From Bacilli bacterium (GTDB lineage: Bacteria; Bacillota_I; Bacilli_A; RF39; UBA660): DNA of 64,000 nt. The notes beneath the pieces are model-generated. The model saw nothing but the letters and a program-made list of their open reading frames with translations, did no database searches and was not told the origin of the DNA. The translations under genes and the position numbers were made by a program. Of the stretch, positions 57,951 to 64,000 are shown one piece after another (the stretch's first letter is position 1; the number at the start of each line of letters is the position of its first letter). The stretch lies in assembly GCA_017435485.1 (NCBI GenBank), contig JAFSEY010000013.1:600-64599 (forward strand), written 5' to 3'.

Positions 57951-60566
57951 ATGAAAAAGTTAAAATTTAAAAACACTAAAAAAGTTATCAAAAAAAATAA
58001 AGAAAAAAAGTTATCAGGCAAAAAAGTTGGCAATATAATCTTAATTGTACTTGCTCTTGGTGGCATTTGTGTAGCATCACTCGTTTTAGTATTTGCTTTA
58101 TATATAATTATTGCCTCACCAGATTTTAATCGTGACTTACTATATAAGCAAGAAGCTTCAGTATTATACGACACTCAAAAAAACGAAATAGCTCGAATTG
58201 GTTCAGAAAATCGAGTTTTAATAACATACAACGATTTACCGCAAGTTTTGATAGATGCCCTACTTGCTACAGAAGATTCAAGATTTTTCCAACATAATGG
58301 ACTAGATGGAGCAAGATTTTTGGTAGCATCAATCAAACAAGTATTAGGTGACCAAACCGCTGGTGGCGCTTCGACATTATCCATGCAAGTAATCAAAAAT
58401 ACTTACACGGGAAAAGAAGCAACAGGAATTGCTGGAATTGTAAGAAAATTTACTGATATATATATGGCTGTCTTTAAATTAGAAAGTGTTTACACTAAAG
58501 AAGAAATAATTGAATTTTATTTTAATTCACAATGGTTAGGAAATGATGGCGATTTAAATTATTCCGGTATTTACGGAGTTGAACAAGCTAGCCAATATTA
58601 TTTTGGTAAATCTGTCGCAGATTTGAATCTAGCAGAGGCTTCAATGTTAGTAGGAATGTTTCAAAATCCAACATTTTATAATCCATACAAAAATCCTAAA
58701 GGATGTACAAATCGTCGTAATACCGTACTTAACTTAATGGTAAAACATGGTTATATTACGGAAGATGAAAAAAAGGCTGCTAGTGAAGTTGATATAAGAA
58801 GTTTATTAAAAAAGAAAAAAACAACTACTAAAAATGCTTATCAAGCATTTATCGATTACGTAATTGAGGACGTTGAAGCAACAACTGGAGATAATCCTGT
58901 TAAAACTCCAATGAAAATATATACTACTTTAGATCCTGATATTCAAAATGTTTTAAATAAAGTTGAAAATGGTGAATTATATAAATTTCCTAATGACTCA
59001 ATCCAAATGGGTATTGCAATTACTTCTGTTGAAAACGGAGCTATTTTAGCTTTAAGCGGTGGAAGAGATTATGCTGCTAAAGGACTTAATCGCGCTACTG
59101 ATATTTCTCGCCAACCTGGATCAACCGCTAAGATATTATTTGATTACGGCCCATATATTGAATATTTAAATGGTTCAACTTACTCAATGTTTTTAGACGA
59201 ACCTTATACTTATTCAAACGGAACTAAGATAAATAACTTTGATAATTCCTATAAAGGATTAATTACTATGCGGGAAGCTTTAGTTCAATCAAGAAATATT
59301 CCAGCTTTAAAAGCTTTCCAAAACGTTTATGAAGAAAATCCAAATTACATCTCCGACTTCGTACATAGTCTAGGTATAGATTATGGTAATAATTTATTTG
59401 AAGCTTCTTCAATCGGCGGATTTGATGGAACTAACCCACTTGAAATGAGTGCTGCTTATGCAGCCTTTGGAAGAGGTGGCTATTACATTAAACCGTATTC
59501 ATTTAACAAAATCATTTATTTAGAAGATGAAAAAGAATATGACAATAAATACACTAAAACAAGAGTGATGAGTGAAGAAACTGCTTATATGATTACTGAC
59601 ATGTTGGTTACAGCTGGTGGAAGAAATGTTGGAGGAGATTTAAATATTAGTGGTTCAGAAATCGCTACTAAGGGTGGTACAACTAATTTAGATAAAGCAT
59701 CTAGAGAGGAAAAAGGTTTACCATCAGGAGTTACCCCAGATCACTGGAACATTTCCTATAGCCCAAATTATTGTATAGCACTATGGAGCGGTTATGATAC
59801 TACCACAAAAGAACATTATTTAACTAATTCACAAGGCGGCAAAATTCGTCGTGGTATCATGAGTGCTGTTGGTAAAAAAATATATAAAAAAGATTCACAA
59901 TTTAAAAAGCCAAGTGGTGTTGTTGAAGTTAAAGTCGAACTGGAGACTTTCCCTGCCCAATTAGCAAGCGAATATACTCCAGAAAGTTTAACAATTACAG
60001 AATTATTTAAAAAGGGAACGGAACCAAGTGAAGCTTCAACAAGATTTAGTACATTAACAAACCCTAAAAATGGTTCTTTCACATTTGACGGCAGCAACAT
60101 AAAAATCACTTGGAATGCAATAGACATTCCTGATGCAATAAATGAAACTTCTTTACAAGAACATTTTAACAAATACTATGGCAAAGACGCTTCTAAATAT
60201 TATCAAAAAAGATTAAATTACAATCAAAGTAATATTGGTTCATTGGGATATCAAGTTTACTTAAAAGATGCTAACGGCAATCTTACAAATTTAGGATTTA
60301 CTAAAGATACAACATTTTCTTATCCAGCTAACACTTCTACTACTGCCTATACTTTTGTTGTAAAATCAGCTTATAGCATCTTTAAAAGTAATATGAGTTC
60401 GGGTTTAACAATTAATGCATATGCTAATATGGATAGTAATATTGAAAATATTGTGGGTGGTAATAACGCAGATAATACCAATAATAACGAAAACATTGCT
60501 CCGGAAACAACTACTCCAACTCACCCTACTAACCCAAGTTCTAATTCAGAAACAAATTTAGATTAA
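57951..60566 (+). CDS. ponA: bifunctional class A penicillin-binding protein 1A (glycosyltransferase plus transpeptidase)
   Basis: N-terminal TM, GT51 motifs (EDSRFFQHNG, GGASTLSMQV, RKFTDIYMA), transpeptidase STAK-like and KGG-type motifs (SRQPGSTAK, ATKGGT), low-complexity C-terminal tail. Confidence 0.9.
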   Translation: MKKLKFKNTKKVIKKNKEKKLSGKKVGNIILIVLALGGICVASLVLVFALYIIIASPDFNRDLLYKQEASVLYDTQKNEIARIGSENRVLITYNDLPQVLIDALLATEDSRFFQHNGLDGARFLVASIKQVLGDQTAGGASTLSMQVIKNTYTGKEATGIAGIVRKFTDIYMAVFKLESVYTKEEIIEFYFNSQWLGNDGDLNYSGIYGVEQASQYYFGKSVADLNLAEASMLVGMFQNPTFYNPYKNPKGCTNRRNTVLNLMVKHGYITEDEKKAASEVDIRSLLKKKKTTTKNAYQAFIDYVIEDVEATTGDNPVKTPMKIYTTLDPDIQNVLNKVENGELYKFPNDSIQMGIAITSVENGAILALSGGRDYAAKGLNRATDISRQPGSTAKILFDYGPYIEYLNGSTYSMFLDEPYTYSNGTKINNFDNSYKGLITMREALVQSRNIPALKAFQNVYEENPNYISDFVHSLGIDYGNNLFEASSIGGFDGTNPLEMSAAYAAFGRGGYYIKPYSFNKIIYLEDEKEYDNKYTKTRVMSEETAYMITDMLVTAGGRNVGGDLNISGSEIATKGGTTNLDKASREEKGLPSGVTPDHWNISYSPNYCIALWSGYDTTTKEHYLTNSQGGKIRRGIMSAVGKKIYKKDSQFKKPSGVVEVKVELETFPAQLASEYTPESLTITELFKKGTEPSEASTRFSTLTNPKNGSFTFDGSNIKITWNAIDIPDAINETSLQEHFNKYYGKDASKYYQKRLNYNQSNIGSLGYQVYLKDANGNLTNLGFTKDTTFSYPANTSTTAYTFVVKSAYSIFKSNMSSGLTINAYANMDSNIENIVGGNNADNTNNNENIAPETTTPTHPTNPSSNSETNLD

Positions 60567-60589
60567 CAAAAAAACTTCATTGAGAAAAA

Positions 60590-61219
60590 TTAATGAAGTT
60601 TTTTATTATTATATTTACAAATCTCTTGAAACAAACAAGATGAACACTTAGGATTTTTAGCAACACAAATATATCTTCCAAATAAAACTAAACGATGGTG
60701 TAAATCTTTTAAACTGTAACCAGCAAATTTTTTCACTAACTTCTGTTCAATAGTTACAACATCATCATTTTCTAAAGCTAATCCAAGTCGCTTAGATACT
60801 CTTGTAACATGGGTATCAACCGCCATACAATTTTCATCATACAAATTTGATAAAACCACATTACAAGTTTTATGACCGACCCCAGGAAGACTCTCTAAAT
60901 ACTTGCGATCGTTAGGAACAATTCCGTTATGATTTTCCAATAACAAAGTAGCTATTTCTTTTAAATAAACGGCCTTTCTTCTAAACGTCCCAAGAGGCCT
61001 TAAAATATCTTCTAATTCATTTAAATTTGCTTTACTAATGCCTTCTAAATTATAGTTATTAAACAACTTTTCTGTGACCTTATTTACACCTTTATCTGTC
61101 GATTGAGCACTTAATACGGTTGCTATTAATAATTCATAATCTTTATTATATATTAGCTCGCATTTAGCCTCAGGAATCATATTTTTCAAATCATTTACAA
61201 TTTCATTCGGTTTCATCAT
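60590..61219 (-). CDS. nth: endonuclease III
   Basis: HhH-GPD (LPGVGHKTCNVVL), catalytic Lys/Asp, C-terminal 4Fe-4S C-x6-C-x2-C-x5-C. Confidence 0.9.
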   Translation of the reverse strand: MMKPNEIVNDLKNMIPEAKCELIYNKDYELLIATVLSAQSTDKGVNKVTEKLFNNYNLEGISKANLNELEDILRPLGTFRRKAVYLKEIATLLLENHNGIVPNDRKYLESLPGVGHKTCNVVLSNLYDENCMAVDTHVTRVSKRLGLALENDDVVTIEQKLVKKFAGYSLKDLHHRLVLFGRYICVAKNPKCSSCLFQEICKYNNKKLH

Positions 61220-61841
61220 CTAACCAATTATAATCAAACAATTCTTTTTGTTTACTTTCCCTTGATTTATTTTTTATATGATTATCAACGTCTTTAGCAT
61301 TCTTAAAACCTTTTTTTTGCCACTCATATAAAATCTTATCAATATACCTTAAATTAGTTACTCCATTATAAACAGCTTCTTTTAAAGCTGCTAAAATAAT
61401 CTCTTCTGAAAAGTCTTTATCCATCCAAGCATTAATAATTTCGTATTCCATGGCAGTTATAGTACGCCCAAACTCTTTTTCGAATATCATAAAGATATCT
61501 TCTCTTTGGGTCTCGGATAATTCACTTTTTAACTGTTCATTAAAAGTAGCATATAAACCTTCCAAATTTATTATTTCCATAATCTTACCTTTATCATTTT
61601 TTACTGAATCAATTGAAATCAGCTTTTTCTCTATCAAAGAATTTAAAGCCTCTAATGTAATATTTTCTTTCAAGTAGATGCTTTTAACGATTTTATTAAT
61701 ATCAAATAACTTATTTTCATCATTAATCAAATAAATTAAAAGTAAAAATTCGTTTAACGATAAATTTAAAGAAACAATATTTTTTAAAAACATACTACTA
61801 ATAATATATTTCTTGTCCTCTAAGATATCTTTAATTTTCAT
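61203..61841 (-). CDS. dnaD: DnaD-domain replication initiation/membrane attachment protein
   Basis: C-terminal DnaD-like domain (FEKEFGRTITAMEYEIINAWM...YIDKILYEWQKKG). Adjacent to nth as in B. subtilis. Confidence 0.7.
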   Translation of the reverse strand: MKIKDILEDKKYIISSMFLKNIVSLNLSLNEFLLLIYLINDENKLFDINKIVKSIYLKENITLEALNSLIEKKLISIDSVKNDKGKIMEIINLEGLYATFNEQLKSELSETQREDIFMIFEKEFGRTITAMEYEIINAWMDKDFSEEIILAALKEAVYNGVTNLRYIDKILYEWQKKGFKNAKDVDNHIKNKSRESKQKELFDYNWLDDETE

Positions 61842-62928
61842 TATTTTCCTCCTTAAATTTATCCAAATATTTATAAATATCTTTTGATTCGTTTTTTAAA
61901 TTTCCTTTAAGAATTTGCAAGACTAAATCATCCAAAATCATTCCAACTTTTTTGCCTTCTTTAATATCTAAATGCTTAATAATTTTTTCAGTTGAAACAT
62001 TAATATCTTTTACACTATAAATTGGTAAATTCTTATACATTGTATTTATAACCCGACGATCTATTTTTAATATTTCTGAAGCCACTGAACATAAATATAG
62101 TCCGTGTTTGTATAAAGTTTCATTATCTATCTTTTCCCCAAATAATATTTCTTTAAGAGCACTTATATTATGCCTACTTTCTTTCGTAAAAGCAAGAGAA
62201 TTTTGAAAATTTATTTGAGCCCACATCCCATTTATATCGTTTACTTTTTTTATATCGTCATTATATGACATACCTAAGTATTCTAATAAACCTAACTCTT
62301 TTAATAAATTTAAACCTATTTTAAAATTATCACTTAATAATATTTTATCTAACTCTTCTTTTATTCTTTCGTAAGATAATGTTTGCACCAAACTATTATT
62401 ATCATATATTACTTGATAAAGATTTTTATCTAACTCAAAATTTAAAAGAGTTGCAAATCTAATAGCTCTTAAAATGCGTAAAGGATCTTCCATAATTTTT
62501 TTCTTGCTATCACCAATGCATTTTATAACTTGATTATCTAAATCATTTGTAGCACCTAATAAATCAATTACATTATCTTTTTGATTCATGCAAAAAGTAT
62601 TTATTGTAAAATCTCTTCTTTGTAAATCTTCTAATAAATTATTAATATAGATAACCTCGGTTGGACGACGATTTTCATATTTTAATTCTTTTCGATAAGT
62701 TGTTATTTCAAAAGAAAATTTCTTTATTTTAAAATCTACTGCCCCATATACTCCAACATGACTATTAGGAAATAAACTTACTAAATCTTTGGGCAGTGCA
62801 TTTGTACAAATATCGATATCATAAGACATTTTATCTAATAACATATCCCTAACATATCCACCAACGATATATGCTTCAAAACCATTTTTTTCAATTGTAT
62901 TTATAACTTTTTTAATAATCTTTTCCAT
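61831..62928 (-). CDS. cca: CCA-adding tRNA nucleotidyltransferase
   Basis: Pol-beta-type head GGYVRDMLLDK...DIDICT, RRDFTINT motif; 365 aa. Confidence 0.8.
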   Translation of the reverse strand: MEKIIKKVINTIEKNGFEAYIVGGYVRDMLLDKMSYDIDICTNALPKDLVSLFPNSHVGVYGAVDFKIKKFSFEITTYRKELKYENRRPTEVIYINNLLEDLQRRDFTINTFCMNQKDNVIDLLGATNDLDNQVIKCIGDSKKKIMEDPLRILRAIRFATLLNFELDKNLYQVIYDNNSLVQTLSYERIKEELDKILLSDNFKIGLNLLKELGLLEYLGMSYNDDIKKVNDINGMWAQINFQNSLAFTKESRHNISALKEILFGEKIDNETLYKHGLYLCSVASEILKIDRRVINTMYKNLPIYSVKDINVSTEKIIKHLDIKEGKKVGMILDDLVLQILKGNLKNESKDIYKYLDKFKEENNEN

Positions 62929-63911
62929 TTTTTAGACACCTTTTTGTTTTTTATTAAATACCCTATAAGAACAATTAAACCAGCTATAATATAATATAAG
63001 TAACTTATTTTTACATATTTAGCTTCTAATACTAAATCTTTAGTTATTTCTAAATCAAAATCATAAACTTTACCATCAAGATACCATCCAACAAATTTAT
63101 AACCCTCTTTTTCTTCAGGATCAATACTACTTACTTGCATATTTTCTAAAACTTTGACTATTTTCTTATTACCATTAGAACTAAATGTTACATTATAAGT
63201 ATTAATCGTATTAGTATCTGCTTTTTCTACAGAAATTGTTTCACAATAACCGATTTCATCATGATATTGCCATATACCCTTTTTTTCCTTAATAGCATTA
63301 TTTTGAACTTGACATAAATTATTCAAATATTTATATTCACCATATATATAAGCAACTTTGGCATAACCTTCTTGGACCATTATTTCTTGAAGTAATATAT
63401 CATTTATCCAAATCCAACCTAAATTCCGATCATATTTATCAGTAATATCACTATTAGGATCATACTCAATTTCTATTTTAGAAGCATTTGTAAGCATATT
63501 ACAGGTATACCCACTAGCTTCTTTTGCATAATCTTCAACTTCTTTAGTTGGATGAACACTTTCAGGGGTATCAACAGCTAAGAAACGGAACTTTACTTCT
63601 TCTCCACCTTTTTGAAACAAAGCAGTATCTCCATCAACACATCTAATAAACTCTACTGCTTGTTTTTCATAATTAAAACACGGATCTTGCGTAAAACTTT
63701 CTTCTGAATCTACAATTATCCATTTATCACCATTATAAATGACTTCATGCCAATGATTTAAATTATCTTTTTTATGATAGCCATAAAATTTATTATGGCA
63801 AGATGAGATATATTCACTGTTCTCTTCTTTATATCCCTTTACATTTGCACTATGAGCATTAACGTTTGTTCTAAAACTAAATACCATTAAAATAAATAAT
63901 AAGATTTTCAT
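62901..63911 (-). CDS. membrane-anchored secreted thermonuclease (SNase family) with a Listeria-Bacteroides-type repeat
   Basis: Signal peptide; SNase block CVDGDTALFQKGGEEVKFRFLAVDTPES; GYKFVGWYLDGKVYDF repeat; C-terminal TM helix plus basic tail. Confidence 0.8.
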   Translation of the reverse strand: MKILLFILMVFSFRTNVNAHSANVKGYKEENSEYISSCHNKFYGYHKKDNLNHWHEVIYNGDKWIIVDSEESFTQDPCFNYEKQAVEFIRCVDGDTALFQKGGEEVKFRFLAVDTPESVHPTKEVEDYAKEASGYTCNMLTNASKIEIEYDPNSDITDKYDRNLGWIWINDILLQEIMVQEGYAKVAYIYGEYKYLNNLCQVQNNAIKEKKGIWQYHDEIGYCETISVEKADTNTINTYNVTFSSNGNKKIVKVLENMQVSSIDPEEKEGYKFVGWYLDGKVYDFDLEITKDLVLEAKYVKISYLYYIIAGLIVLIGYLIKNKKVSKKWKRLLKKL

Positions 63912-64000
63912 AACTTCACCAACAAAATTATATCATCCTCTAACTAGAAAGTCATTCACATAAATGATTTATATTTGCTTTATTTACATAAAAAAAACTC

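Noticed and set aside
57938-58396. Two minus-strand ORFs (78 and 73 aa) at the recU 3' end and ponA 5' end.
   Set aside because: Antisense to strongly supported genes.
59816-60172. 118-aa ORF antisense to ponA.
   Set aside because: Antisense artefact.
61450-61677. 75-aa ORF antisense to dnaD.
   Set aside because: Antisense artefact.
1-64000. Scanned for CRISPR repeats, tRNA/rRNA genes, integrases, transposases, reverse transcriptases and toxin-antitoxin pairs.
   Set aside because: No regularly spaced direct repeats, no cloverleaf-like GC-rich 70-90-nt segments, and no recombinase or RT motifs were seen in any ORF.

Overview
This is a 64 kb window from an AT-rich genome (roughly 27-30% GC by eye) of a low-GC Gram-positive bacterium that appears to form endospores. 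Evidence for that reading: gene order resembles Bacillus subtilis (rimM-trmD-rplS; yqfC-yqfD ... ybeY-dgkA-era-yqzL-recO-glyQS; rpsU-yqeY; nusB-xseA-xseB; ymfM(rodZ)-pgsA...recA; gpsB-rnpB; recU-ponA; dnaD-nth), sporulation genes are present (yqfC/yqfD, spoIVB, spoVID-ysxE-like), and PBP1A shows a cell wall. Almost every gene is on the minus strand; the exceptions are a PilB/ComGA-type ATPase, a membrane protein and recU-ponA. Several accessory modules are interleaved with this core: (1) an island at the left edge holding RhuM, DinD, a UDG-like protein, a stand-alone C39-like peptidase, two SAM methyltransferases, a CHC2 zinc-finger protein and a P-loop NTPase; (2) three extra genes, two of them paralogous, inside the conserved trmD-rplS operon; (3) an operon of five tandem, divergent paralogs of an uncharacterised alpha-helical ~400-aa protein family plus an 88-aa protein; (4) a class II bacteriocin locus with a C39-ABC exporter and two double-glycine-leader peptide genes missing from the ORF track, one of which has ATA where the initiator codon should be; (5) a WXG100-like / WXG-fusion / LysM-M23 peptidase / WXG-like four-gene module between mutS and nusB; (6) a type IV pilin (pseudopilus) gene cluster. 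Unannotated non-ORF elements I can support are an RNase P RNA (rnpB), a YqzL-family micro-gene, several intrinsic terminators that overlap stop codons, and sigma-A-type promoters. I saw no CRISPR array, tRNA, rRNA, integrase or transposase.
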